From a virus: a DNA stretch of 49,064 nucleotides. The stretch lies in the IMG/VR virus record IMGVR_UViG_3300045988_163663; one strand, written 5' to 3'. Every line of letters starts with the position of its first letter. Positions within the stretch are counted from its first letter, which is position 1. Below, in pieces: positions 36,986 through 48,010 of the stretch. Both the position numbers and the translations under genes were made by a program. The notes beneath the pieces were generated by a model, which saw nothing but the letters and a program-made list of their open reading frames with translations, was not told the DNA's origin and did not search any database.

Positions 36986-37016
36986 ATATTATATATTAAT
37001 TTTTAGTTAATATCAA

Positions 37017-38153
37017 TTACGGCTTATCTTCATTACCGCCATCAATAGTATCATGAGAACCAGTAATTTGACCAGCATAGTCACGGACCTTACCAGTTAC
37101 ACCATCAAGATGCCAGGTCTTCATATCACCAAGAAGTTCAGTATCACAATAGCAGCAGATATTATTAGCTAACATAGCAATAACGCCAACCTTCTTATAA
37201 ACTTGAATTTCACGGCTACGGTCATAATTGGTGTATTCATCAACAATGGTATTGCCTTCCATAGCAACCTTTACAGGCTTACTATCAGCACCAGTAGGAA
37301 TAATCCAAGCATAGCCTGGGTCAATGACTTTCTTTTCATTGGTAGCATCTTCAAAGCCCTGCTCAAGAATAACAACTTTATAGCCCTTATAGGAAGCAAG
37401 ACGGCCAGTATTCCAAAGCTCATTTTTCATAGCTTCAGTATAACGCCAAGCATCCTTCGGAATCATACGAACAGCAAATTCATAAGTGCAATAAATAGTA
37501 GGAGTACCATAAGCAGAAGCAATCATAAGTAACTTATCAAAACCGGGTTCATCAAAACCATTAGCAACTAAACGGTTAGCAGGAGGTAACTGGTTAACAG
37601 AAGCCTTTAAAGCACCGGCAATTTCTTTATAGATAAGTTCATCCATACCTTCCATGACGATCTGGGTAACAACACCAAAATCGACACGGCCATCAAGGAA
37701 TTCCTCAAAGCCAATTTGAGCAGCTCCGCCGATAGCGCTTGTACGGACTTCAAAGCTTTCTTCAGTCTTACCAAGCTTGAATACTTCATAGATACCAGCT
37801 AGGCCGACACGAGTGATGAATTGCTTTGCACGAGTATTGTTGCTGAACTTTCTACGGAAAATAGGCTTGTCACCCTGTTTAAACGTCTTAACTTCAGCAA
37901 ACTGATTATATTGCTCTTCAACTTTCTTAGGAAGAACTTCATCAATAGTTTCCTCAATCATTGAGAAAATAAGGTTCTTATTATCACGATATAAAGAATA
38001 AGTTCCAGCAAGTTCATTTAATTCTCTGCGGAGAGTTTCATTAAGAGCATCATAAGAAAGGCTTTCGCCATTAAAGCTGTAAGCAGTAGGAGTAGAAGGA
38101 TCAGCCTTAGCGACAGTCTTCATTAATTGAACAAGATTTTTTCTATCTAACAT
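37017..38153 (-). CDS. Major capsid protein (HK97-fold type), 378 aa
   Basis: AAAGGAGAG ribosome-binding site then ATG. Intact ORF with no TAG and a TAA stop. It lies downstream of the scaffold and upstream of a strong terminator. The product is globular and beta-rich. Confidence 0.6.
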   Translation of the reverse strand: MLDRKNLVQLMKTVAKADPSTPTAYSFNGESLSYDALNETLRRELNELAGTYSLYRDNKNLIFSMIEETIDEVLPKKVEEQYNQFAEVKTFKQGDKPIFRRKFSNNTRAKQFITRVGLAGIYEVFKLGKTEESFEVRTSAIGGAAQIGFEEFLDGRVDFGVVTQIVMEGMDELIYKEIAGALKASVNQLPPANRLVANGFDEPGFDKLLMIASAYGTPTIYCTYEFAVRMIPKDAWRYTEAMKNELWNTGRLASYKGYKVVILEQGFEDATNEKKVIDPGYAWIIPTGADSKPVKVAMEGNTIVDEYTNYDRSREIQVYKKVGVIAMLANNICCYCDTELLGDMKTWHLDGVTGKVRDYAGQITGSHDTIDGGNEDKP

Positions 38154-38170
38154 TTTTCTTCTCTCCTTTC

Positions 38171-38947
38171 TTACGCGATTCGCATAATCTTAACGCCCTT
38201 CTGATGATCAGGCATTTCATAAACCTTGACAACCTACCACTGGATAGAACCATCACCGGTCTTAGAAAGCATACCGTCAGCAGCACGAGGACTTAAAATA
38301 TCACCAACTACAAGAGTAGCTTCGGCAATAGTATTAGTCGTAAAAATATCACCAACATTGGTCTTGAAAACACGAGGAACCATATTAGTGCCAGCAGGCA
38401 TTCTACGGGCCTCATAAGGACCATCAAAATGTAAAGGATCTTCTTCATAGAAGAGTTCACGAATATCAGGACCAGCAGTAACATCATCATATTCATAAGT
38501 ATGTTGTACACCCTGACTATCTGTAATAGTCATAGAAGTATTACCTTCGGCATCCTTACCATTTAAATAGCGAGCCTGACGTGTACCAATTTCCTGCTTG
38601 CCATCATAGGGGCTGTAATAACGAGCTTGATAATCATCTTTGCGCATAGCAAATTCGCAATCAGCTTGTTCCTCACGATAAAGTTTAATTTCATTATAAA
38701 CTAACATCCATTCGCCCTTGCCAGTGAAATCAACTTCACCAAGCTCACCAGCAGCATAGTCATACTTAACAAACTGGCCATTTTCAAGAAGCTGGATATT
38801 TCTGTTAGCAGGTAATTGAGCATAAATCTGACCAGTGCGTTGAGCACTTAAATGATTAGGCTCAACCTGACCATAGCCATATTCAACGTAGCCGCCCTTA
38901 ACAGCAGATACGCCGCTTAGGTCTTTAAGCATATCTTTTAAAAGCAT
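38171..38947 (-). CDS. Head protein (decoration or second capsid component?), 237 aa plus a possible 19-aa read-through extension
   Basis: AAGGAGG ribosome-binding site and ATG at 38947. The ORF ends at TAG 38234. If that TAG is read, it continues to TAA at 38171. Confidence 0.4.
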
Positions 38948-38971
38948 TAGGTTTTCCTCCTTAAAAATTTA

Positions 38972-40537
38972 TTATTCCATAGTTTTCGCAACATCCTATA
39001 CTGCCTTAATCCAAGCAGGAATACTATCGTCATTTACATCATTATTAATATTATATGTAAGTGGGTCATTTTCTTTCTTTTCATTAGTATCGAAATTGAC
39101 CTTATTGCGAACACAGATAATAGAAAGCTTTGCTTCAATATCATCTAATGAATAAGTATCAATATTAGCAACAACATCTTTCTTATCATCATCAGATAAC
39201 ATATAGAAACTATTAATCATTTCTTGTTTCTTTTCTCTTTCAGCCTCAGTCTTAAACTGAGTTAAAGAAGCAAGTTCTTGTTCGAGTTGTGTTTGCTTTT
39301 CAACTAATTCATTATATTTAGTTTCAAGCGCGGTATACTCGTCTTTTAATAAACCATATTCAACTACATCTTCCAAAGAGTACTTAGCTTTCTTTTTCTT
39401 TTTTTTCTCTTCATCATCCTCAGTTGGTTCTTCTTCTTCATCAGAAGTATCAGTTGGTTTATTTTCGGGAGTGTCCTTCTTTTCATCATCTTTTGGCTGA
39501 TCTTTAGAAGGATCTTCCTTATTATTATCATTATTCTCTTTATTGTCTTTATCTTTTTCGTCCTTTTTTTTCTTTGCAAATTCTGCAACTTTTTCAGGAT
39601 CGAATTGAGGATTATCAGAAACAGAATAATCAGTTAATTCAGAAACTTCACCAGGAGTGAAAGTATCATTCTCCATAGAAAAATCTAAACGAACGAACTT
39701 ATCATCTTCCTTGACAATAGCAAATAAATTACCATTGTCTTCGCAAACTTCTTCAATCATTGCATTACCTGCTCCGAAACCCTTAATGTAAGAATAAAGA
39801 GAAGTCCAAATGGAATCACCAATCTCCACACTATATCTTGTGAACACTTTTGTTCCTCCTTTACCTTCTAATAATTCTTTTAAATCTTTCATCATAGAGA
39901 ATAATTGCTCATTAAATTTATCACTAAATGAGAAATGCATCGTAGGTGCAGTAATATTAGCTCCTTCGAAGCAAGGTTCACAATCTTCTCCAAGAATACA
40001 AAGTTTCTTAATTATTGCTTCATTTATAATAAAAAATTCGGGCATTCCATTCTTATCTTTCGACCAATACGCATTAATTTTTTCATCATCTAATTCCATA
40101 GATTGATTATTACCTTTTTCAATAATACGTTTACTTTCTGGATAGATATCTGTCCAGATATAGCCTTCAGTCATTAAATATTCATGCTCGTTTTTTCCAT
40201 CATCTAAAAATTTCTAAAACCATACTTTAGCTCCCAAGTCTACAAAACCATAAGGAACAGTAGTATCTTTAATATCAAATTTACCATTAGAAATATCAAT
40301 AACACGATTATGTTCTTCATAATCTCCATTGGCTTCATTAAAATAACCAACGATAGGACTACCTGGTAAACTTTGCGCTAAATCTTTAGCAACTTCTTTT
40401 GTTATAACACTTCTATTGCGATTTGGTTTATCACCAACATAACAAACTTTAATCTAACATTTAGAAATTAAAGGATTGATTTTAGTGATATTAATAAACT
40501 CAACAGGAGTATCTAACTTAACACTTGTATGTCTCAC
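38972..40537 (-). CDS. Scaffolding protein (acidic coiled coil) with an N-terminal extension, ~520 aa
   Basis: AGGAGG ribosome-binding site and a GTG start at 40537. In-frame TAGs at 40471-40473 and 40214-40216 join the upstream region to track ORF 38996-40174. The C-terminal half is highly acidic and lysine-rich. It ends at TAG 38996 or TAA 38972. Confidence 0.5.
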
Positions 40538-40550
40538 TATAAATCCTCCT

Positions 40551-42241
40551 TATTTACCAGCTGCTTGACGATTAGCGATTGTTTTTTCACTTTTTTCATC
40601 ATTAGCTTTTTCTGGTCGGCCACTCTCTTTTGTTTCTGTTTTTACTGTAGTAGTAGTATTTCCACTTGTTTTATTTTGAGAAGTGTTAGAACTATTCTAA
40701 TCTTTTTTACCCAAAATATCTTCACCATTTAATGTAGAACTCATAAGAGGCGGTATCATAACTTCGCTTAAATGTAGAACTTCATTTTCAAAATGAGCCG
40801 TATTAAGAATAAAACTCTATGATTGTCCAAGAGCAATCTAAGGTAACATTTTAGAGAAACCAATCTGAGTTTGTTCTTTATACATTTTAGATAAATCTTT
40901 ATAATTATATTGTGTAGTTTCTAACATATAGAACTTATAATTATATTTTTTCTAAACATTCAGGACTGATAATATTCTATCAAAAAATATGTTGAATTGC
41001 AAAATTAAATTGCGCATAGTAGATTCATCATCTAAAATAGATTTTTCCAACGCAATATTGCCGTCTGTATTAAACAAATTGCGCGAAACGCCAAATGCAT
41101 TATATACAGTTCGTTCAACACGCTCTAATTCATCTGTGGTAGCAGAAGTATTTTTATCAGAAGTATCAATAGCATCTACATCTGCAAAAGTAGTTAATAC
41201 ATCAACACCTACAGCTCTACGCAACATTTCAACAGCATTATTATGAATATCACGAGCTTCATCAATATCAAAAATCAAATCACCATTTTTATCAAGTGGT
41301 AATTTCTAAACTAAAATCTTTAATAATTTTTGCATCTGCTTGCGGCGGTCTAAATCTTGTGCGGCATCTAAATCCAAAATTGCTGGAATAGCATTTACAA
41401 ATAATGGAATATCATTAGTACCATTTAAAGCAAACTTAATAGTGCTTTGTGGATCTAACAAATACCAACTACCAGTATTATCACCAGCTACATCAGGTAA
41501 AAGTTTACCAGCCTTATAGAGACGATAACCTATTGTAAATTCATCAGGGAATAATTTTAATACTCTATTACGGTAATTAGTATCCACAAAAGTATCAAAG
41601 TATCTCATATCAAATTCAATAGCAGGTAAATTACCTACTGAATATCTTGAACGACAATACTCAATAGGAAGTTGCTATAAAATTAAGCCAGTACTTGAGG
41701 GAACAATATAGGCATAATAAGCTCCACATTTGATAACTTCAAGAGCCATATCGCCACAAATTTTCTTAATATAAGAATTATCTAAATAATTTAAAATTCG
41801 CCAGAAATCTTTTACTGCTTTTGTTTCATTAATATCTTTAACAGCAGAGCCGTCAGTATTATTAGACTAAATAGCAATAGCCCAATCATAACGATACATA
41901 TTCGCAAAATAATTACATACTCTTTGATAAATACCACTTACTCTAAAAAAGAAGCGTGATATTCTTCGCAATTCTTGAATATCATTACGAATTAAAGCAT
42001 CCATAACCATGGGCTTTGTATAAATACGTTCACGGCTATACTTTTCATTGCGGCGACCGTAAGTGTCCCATCTGAAAGATCCAAGATTTAAGACAGCATC
42101 GTCTAATGTCTTAACACCAACCTTAATCTTCTTATATTCATTTGGGCCAACTGCAGAATACTCACGTACTCCTCCAGTTATGTCAAAACCTTTTTTATGT
42201 ATCTATTCATTTCTGGTTAATTCTTCCTTTTCTAATTCCAT
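40551..42241 (-). CDS. Portal protein, ~563 aa
   Basis: GAAGGTGA ribosome-binding site then ATG at 42241. Track fragments 41306-41608 and 40952-41278 share the frame. About 9 in-frame TAGs. TAA stop at 40551-40553. It sits immediately downstream of the terminase. Confidence 0.55.
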
Positions 42242-42258
42242 ACTTCACCTTCTTTCAA

Positions 42259-42615
42259 TTAATATCCAGCTTTTCGCATTATATAATCATAAGAAATTAA
42301 ATTTTCTTCTGTATAAGGAATTTCTATTAAATGTAAATCATGTAAAGCACAGAATCTACGTTTTTGATTATCATTATATTGCTATTGATATAATCCACGT
42401 TTTCCACCAAATTTATTACTGGCTTCATAATGCTATTTCCCTTGATATTCAATTAAAAAATCAATATTATTATCATCATCAAATATAACAAAATCAAAAC
42501 GTAAAGGACGACCATTATGTGTTTTTAAATCTGGAAATATATATTCCATCTTAAAATTCAGGCCGGCTTCCTCTAAGATTTCTCTAATCTTAATCTCCGC
42601 ACGACTGGCATCCAT
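42259..42615 (-). CDS. PD-(D/E)XK / Vsr-like (DUF559-type) endonuclease; a homing-endonuclease-like gene between terminase and portal, ~118 aa
   Basis: AAAGGAG ribosome-binding site then ATG at 42615. Motif ...GRPLRFDFVIF...IDFLIEYQGKQH..., with TAG read-through at 42433 and 42382. TAA stop at 42259. Confidence 0.45.
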
Positions 42616-42643
42616 ATATTAAGTCTCCTTTCTTATCTACAAA

Positions 42644-42690
42644 TAAATTCCTCTTATTATTCTTTTAAAAATTAATTTAAAAGAATAATA
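42644..42690. other. Long perfect inverted repeat (19-bp stem)
   Basis: ctcttattattcttttaaa-aattaa-tttaaaagaataataagag. It lies between the terminase stop and the endonuclease gene start. Confidence 0.6.
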
Positions 42691-42703
42691 AGAGTTGCCC
42701 GGC

Positions 42704-44455
42704 TTAATTCATAAACATCCAATCAGCAGCCCGGAATTTTTTCTTCTTTTTATCTTCTTCTATTTTTTTTATATAATATAATCCATATTCTAATGCAGAA
42801 AATTTATCTTTTTTAATACTTTTATTAGCTTGTTTTAAAATAATATTTAAACCTTCATTCTCTTCGCGCAAATTCATAATCTCTTCGCGTAATGAGGTAG
42901 TTAAACTAAATGGTCTTAAATAATCAGATCGTGCTTCTGTGGTCATATTCTAGCCCACTTTAGTAGTTAATAGTTTCTATTTAGCAGTTCGTTCATCAAT
43001 TAAAAATTTAATCTTACCAGAATTTAATACTGACTAAGTAATACTATGTGCTTCAGTATTAATTGGTGCATTAGCTTTCATTAAGTATAAAACATCTAAT
43101 TCTGTACTATTGGTTTTATATTTTTTATATTCTTGAACTGCATCATCCTGAGTTCCACCATAAACTCCAAAATCAGGAATTACTTCAGAAGTTTCAGGAT
43201 TAATCTATGGCTTAACCATAAAATCTACTAAACCAACACCAAGTCCATTAGCATCTATTACAATTCTGCGAGCTTTATATTTATAATATAATTTTTTAAG
43301 TTTAATAGCCTAATCTTCAAAATGAGTATCATTCATAGTATAAATATTAACTAAACTTTTAATCGGTTCACCATGCGGTTGCGGCGTTACTTTAAATACG
43401 CAAACAACAGTATCGCATCCTTTACGGCCTACGTCAACACTTAATATATAATAAGATAATTTACTTGAACGGCCAGAAGCTTCATACTCAGGCTAATTCA
43501 GTATTCTATTCCTATTAAATATTTCTGCATTAAAAAAAGCATCTTCAACAGTACCAGACCAAATTGATTCATATTCACGTTCAAAAGAAGCCTCATTATA
43601 AGTTCCTTCATTTTTCTGGTCAGTAATAAATGTTTTCTGCTGTAATCCGACAGCAACAGGAGTTCGCCAAGTTCCGCCTAATACCATACATCTATCAGGC
43701 TATGTAATCATACGAACCAATAAACCAATTAATCTATCATAAGGATAAGTATTTTTATAACCAGCAGTAGTAATATAAATCTATGATTTATTTACCGCTT
43801 CTTCTTCATGAGTTGTACCATCCTTAGCTCTACGAGGAATAGCCATAACTGGTATAATAACTTCGCGCAAAATCTAATCATCAATACCTACACATTCTTC
43901 CATTAGACCACCATGACGACGCTGACCACGAGTGCTTTCTCTCGCAGCTAAATTATCAAGGACAGAACCATTCTTAAATACATAACGTACTTTATCTTTA
44001 CTCTCTTGGCTCTTACCTCGGCCCCAATCAATTTCACGTTTAAAACTTGGTATTAAATCACAAATTTCATTAACTTTATCATGTAGAATACTTGCGCCTT
44101 GTTCCTTACCACCAGAAGTAACAAATAAATGAACACCAGGATAAAGAATACATCTAACCATTAATGCCATAACTGATAAGAATGATTTAGAATAAGCACG
44201 AGGGAAAACTGCATAAACATATTGATAGCGCATTACACATCTTAAAAAAACACGCTAATAGAAGAAAAATTTAAATTCTCCTTCTTTCTATTCTGTACGT
44301 GTTCCTCGTACTAAAAAATCAACAAATAAATCTGGATATTCGCGCCAAAAGGCAGTATATTTACGAATGACTGGCATTACAGCATTAATACGTTCTTCAG
44401 AAAGACCTATCTTTTTTCGACTTGTAGATAGGTCAAGTAAATCTTGTAACGCCAT
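42704..44455 (-). CDS. terL: Terminase large subunit, ~583 aa
   Basis: ATG at 44455 overlaps the upstream stop (TAATG). Track fragments 43874-44233, 43493-43687 and 42704-42946 share one frame and are separated only by TAG. ATPase-type and nuclease-type motifs are present (SFEREYESIW; YYILSVDVGRKG...VIDANGLGVGLVD). TAA stop at 42704. Confidence 0.65.
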
Positions 44456-45669
44456 TAATCTTCCCTATCAGAGAAAGCATCTATATCTAACTCTGTTTCA
44501 TTATCTAAAAATTCACTAAAGTCTTCAATATCTTTATCTTCTAAAGTTTTTTCAATGTCTTCAATAGACATATCAACATCATCAACAATTGTATCTTCGA
44601 CGTTTTCTTTAGCCTATTCATCTTCTTTAGCGTTTTGTTTTAATGCCTAATCAATCATATTGCCAAGATTAGTTTCTCGTTCAATTAAAGTACGAGTGTA
44701 TTTTTGCATATCTTTAATTGTAAAATCTACTTTATCATTTGGAGTATCAATGTAATATCTTTCGATATAGCCTTGTTTCTCACACATTTCTATTAATTCA
44801 CCAACAGAATCAATGAAATCGCCAGACTCTTCTTTATTCTAGGCAGCAGTAAATTTGCCCGATTTCATTAAAGAATCATACATTTTAATCATCTTTTGGG
44901 CGCCGTCTACATCACCTATATCTAATAACTAATTAGATTTTAATGATGTCTTACAGGCAAGTTTTAATGTATCAATATGGCCTGCGGACTAAATATCGTA
45001 AGACTACATCATTTCATTAAATAATTGCTCTAAGCGCACCCATTCATCAGGACTATAACCTTTTCCCCATTTTAAATAAAGATATCGTTTATCTTCGTCT
45101 GTTAGCTCTGCACCTAAATCAGGAACATCAAAATCTAATTTATCTTTAAAATAATCTTCCCCAGAATTCCCAAAATCTAATGGAGGAGGTGCGGGAGGAG
45201 GCGGCTCTTTTAATTCTTCTGATGGCAAAGCAAATGAAGCACGTTGAATAGCTGTAGTAATATCTTGAATGTCATATCCCTATTGCTTCATTGTTTCTTC
45301 TATTTTTTTATTTTGTAAGTCTTGCAAGAATTGACTATCTTTCCATCTATAATCTTTCCATTGATTTAATTTCATTGCAGAGAGATAGCGACCTAATATT
45401 GTCATTCCAGTGACTTTTGTCCTATCCTTCGCAAATTTACCCATTAACTAATTCCACTATTCAGGAATGTAAGGAACATCACATTCTTGCAATATCCATA
45501 GATAAGTATCCGGATTCCAATTGTCTACATGCATTGTTATACATTTTTTACATTTTGGTAATTTACCATCATTAGGATATTTATCTAAATTATTAGATGT
45601 ATAAAACTAAGTTCCATCCATAGTTTTATTACATTTTTCACAGTAATATTGTTTACCTTCGCTGGACAA
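44456..45669 (-). CDS. Terminase small subunit-like protein with an N-terminal C4 zinc ribbon, ~404 aa
   Basis: AAAGGAG ribosome-binding site and a TTG start at 45669. N-terminal CEKC...CKKC motif. It includes track ORF 45004-45228 and a proline-rich linker. About 8 in-frame TAGs. TAA stop at 44456-44458. Confidence 0.4.
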
Positions 45670-45687
45670 TCAATATTTCTCCTTTCT

Positions 45688-46760
45688 TTAGGATTTCATT
45701 TTTTCTTTACGAGAACTATTTCGGCATTTTTTGCATATACTATAAAATCCATCTTTACTTGTTTTATTATAGGAAAAATATTTATTGTGAGCCAATTTAA
45801 TTTGTCCACATCTACTGCATTTTTTATACTTACCTTTTTCTTGAGTTGTATAATACCATTCTAAATATTTATCAACAGCTTTATCAGCAATAAGCTTTGG
45901 TATTTTATTGCGGAATAAACTTGATATATATTCTAAACTGTGGGTAATATTAAATTCTTCTTGTAAAATTTTTTGAATCTCTATATTTTGTAATCCATCA
46001 ATTTTACATTCTACAATACGCATTAACATAGGATAATCAGCTAAGGCTTCATCACAAATATTTTCAAAATCATAAATAAGATACCAAGTATCATCTTCAA
46101 AACGATCCCAACTATCTTCTTTTAATCGAGAATAGTTACATAAGATACAAGAGCAAATTTCAGGATTCATTAATGAAATTCCTTCTGGAATTGGATATCC
46201 ATCATCATCAAACATTTTTACATCTTCATCTAATTTAATTTTATATTTAGATCGTGTAAGCTTTACTGGTACTATTGGTTTTCGATAAGCATTTTTAATA
46301 ACATATTGGTCTTTGCGCATTTCTATTAATGCTTTTTTTATAGTAAAAGCATCTTTACCACTCACTACTTTCATTTTTGCTTCCCAAGTTGTAATAGCGT
46401 CTTTTAATTGTTTTAAGCTAGGAATTTCTTCTAAATCTTTTTTTGTAATTGTAACTTTTGGCTAAAATATCATATTTTTATCACTATTAATTAAATTATA
46501 TATACCATCTTCACCATTCTCTAACTGGGAAACAAGTCCTTCGAAAGAAGTTTCACGTTTATTAACTGTCATTAATCTATTATCAGTTAATATTTTCTTT
46601 TCTTTTTTTTCTTGTTTCTCCATACATAGAATTAGATAATCTGCGAGGATTTCTAAATACTTTTCATTAGGATTTGGATTTTCCTCTAAAATTTTTTTTA
46701 CTAATTCATTTCGTTCTTCAGGAGTTTCAAGAGTATAATCTAATTTTATCAAGATTAATA
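45688..46760 (-). CDS. Regulator-like protein with a C-terminal zinc ribbon, ~357 aa
   Basis: GGAGGT ribosome-binding site and a TTG start at ~46760. Track ORFs 46462-46809 and 45688-46374 are joined in frame through TAG 46462. C-terminal motif KCSRCGQ...CKKC. TAA stop at 45688. Confidence 0.4.
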
Positions 46761-46780
46761 CCTCCAATCCTTCTAAAAAA

Positions 46781-46809
46781 ATTATAACACAAAAAATTTG
46801 CAAAGTCAA
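46781..46809 (-). promoter_or_regulatory. Consensus sigma-A-type promoter driving the packaging/head operon
   Basis: Minus strand reads TTGACTTTGCAAATTTTTTGTGTTATAAT (TTGACT-17 bp-TATAAT, with TGn). Confidence 0.6.
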
Positions 46810-46864
46810 CCATGGCCAAAAATTTTTATGGTATTTAGTAAAAAAATTATGTAAAATGTAAAAT

Positions 46865-46893
46865 TGACAATTATAAAAATTTTTTATATAATA
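46865..46893 (+). promoter_or_regulatory. Consensus promoter, divergent from the one at 46781-46809
   Basis: TTGACA-17 bp-TATAAT on the plus strand, upstream of the 46922 gene. Confidence 0.55.
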
Positions 46894-46921
46894 TTTATAT
46901 AAAATTAAAGGAGATAATTTT

Positions 46922-47077
46922 ATGAGAAAACCTCGTGGTATTTTAGGTAGTATGGCTTCTAAAGCTAAACGTAGAGCAATTAATAGTGCAACTAGAGCTG
47001 TTTATCAACTTATGTGGGGCGAAAACCCTAAACAGCAGGGAGCCTATAATCCTATTAAGGAACGTAAGAAAAAGTAA
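46922..47077 (+). CDS. Small basic protein, 51 aa
   Basis: AAAGGAG ribosome-binding site then ATG. Product MRKPRGILGSMASKAKRRAINSATRAVYQLMWGENPKQQGAYNPIKERKKK. TAA stop. Confidence 0.35.
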   Translation: MRKPRGILGSMASKAKRRAINSATRAVYQLMWGENPKQQGAYNPIKERKKK

Positions 47078-47112
47078 ATATATTATATTTAAAAATTGAA
47101 GGAAGTGATTTA

Positions 47113-47550
47113 ATGAAGTTTGTCCATGGGCTTCTTTTAGGTACTGGGGCGGCATTCGGTTTAGGATGTGCGGCCAGATTTATTTATGATAAAATTATTG
47201 AAGCAAAGCTTTATAAAGATTATACTAAAGCCCTTGAAGATTTTATGAATTTTAAAAGTGATAAAAAATATATTGAATATAATAAAGGGCTGGAAGAAAA
47301 ATACATTGGACCTGGTGTAGTTCATGTTATTAAAAATAAAAAAGATTTAATGGCAATTGATTTATCTAAATATGAAGAAGAAGGAGATCCAATTGGTATT
47401 ACTCTTGGTTCTAAAATTGTAGATAAAGAAGACCAATATATTATACCTGAAGTAGAAGTTTATAAATTTAAAAATGGATATGTCAATTATCGCTTTCATC
47501 AAGAACGAGGAGTAATTGACCCTGATGAAGGTATTATTCCTTTTGATTAA
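47113..47550 (+). CDS. Secreted/membrane-anchored protein, 145 aa
   Basis: GAAGGAAG ribosome-binding site. Hydrophobic N-terminus LLLGTGAAFGLGCAARF. TAA stop. Confidence 0.45.
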   Translation: MKFVHGLLLGTGAAFGLGCAARFIYDKIIEAKLYKDYTKALEDFMNFKSDKKYIEYNKGLEEKYIGPGVVHVIKNKKDLMAIDLSKYEEEGDPIGITLGSKIVDKEDQYIIPEVEVYKFKNGYVNYRFHQERGVIDPDEGIIPFD

Positions 47551-47598
47551 TTCGTGTTAAGATTTTGTTAAGAAAAATTTTGACAAAGAACAAAAAAT

Positions 47599-47627
47599 TT
47601 TGTAAAATAAATTATAAAAAATTTATG
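47599..47627 (+). promoter_or_regulatory. Promoter upstream of the AbrB-like gene
   Basis: TTGACA-17 bp-TAAAAT. Confidence 0.4.
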
Positions 47628-47672
47628 GGATGGCTCATACTCTCCCAATTAAAAAGAAAGGAGTGAGTTAAA

Positions 47673-47873
47673 ATGCTGAAAACAGCTTATACAAGAAAAC
47701 TCGACACAGTTGGACGTTTAATGATTCCTTCTAAACTTCGTGAAGAATTGCATATGGTAAATGGTCATAATTATGAATTTTACATTGATGAAGTAGATGG
47801 TAAGACTTTTTTATGTATTGAATGTCCTGAAGCCAGTGATGCCGTAGCTCTTGCGAAAGAAACATTGGAATAG
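47673..47873 (+). CDS. AbrB/MazE/SpoVT-family (swapped-hairpin) DNA-binding protein
   Basis: AAAGGAG ribosome-binding site. Motif TRKLDTVGRLMIPSKLREEL...EFYIDE matches the AbrB N-terminal domain. It ends at TAG 47871. If that TAG is read, it continues 10 codons to TAA at 47901-47903, just before the terminator. Confidence 0.6.
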   Translation: MLKTAYTRKLDTVGRLMIPSKLREELHMVNGHNYEFYIDEVDGKTFLCIECPEASDAVALAKETLE

Positions 47874-47905
47874 AATGGATATCGAGTAATTAAGGAATAA
47901 AATTA

Positions 47906-47938
47906 AAGCGGGAAAATATTTTCCCGCTTATTTTTTTT
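47906..47938 (+). terminator. Rho-independent terminator
   Basis: Hairpin aagcgggaaaa-ta-ttttcccgctt followed by a T8 run. Confidence 0.75.
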
Positions 47939-48010
47939 ATAAATTTATTCCGTATTCTGAAATTAAAAATGAGTTTATAAATTTATTCCGATTTCTAAAA
48001 TTAAAAAAGG
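47936..48010. repeat. Tandem ~37-bp direct repeat (2 copies, ~89% identical)
   Basis: The two copies are tttataaatttattccgtattctgaaattaaaaatgag and tttataaatttattccgatttctaaaattaaaaaagg. Confidence 0.7.

Noticed and set aside
37203-42488. Plus-strand ORFs 37203-37532, 39810-40106, 40529-40732, 40989-41246 and 42063-42488
   Set aside because: They lie antisense inside the capsid, scaffold, portal and terminase genes. They have no ribosome-binding sites and junk-like composition.
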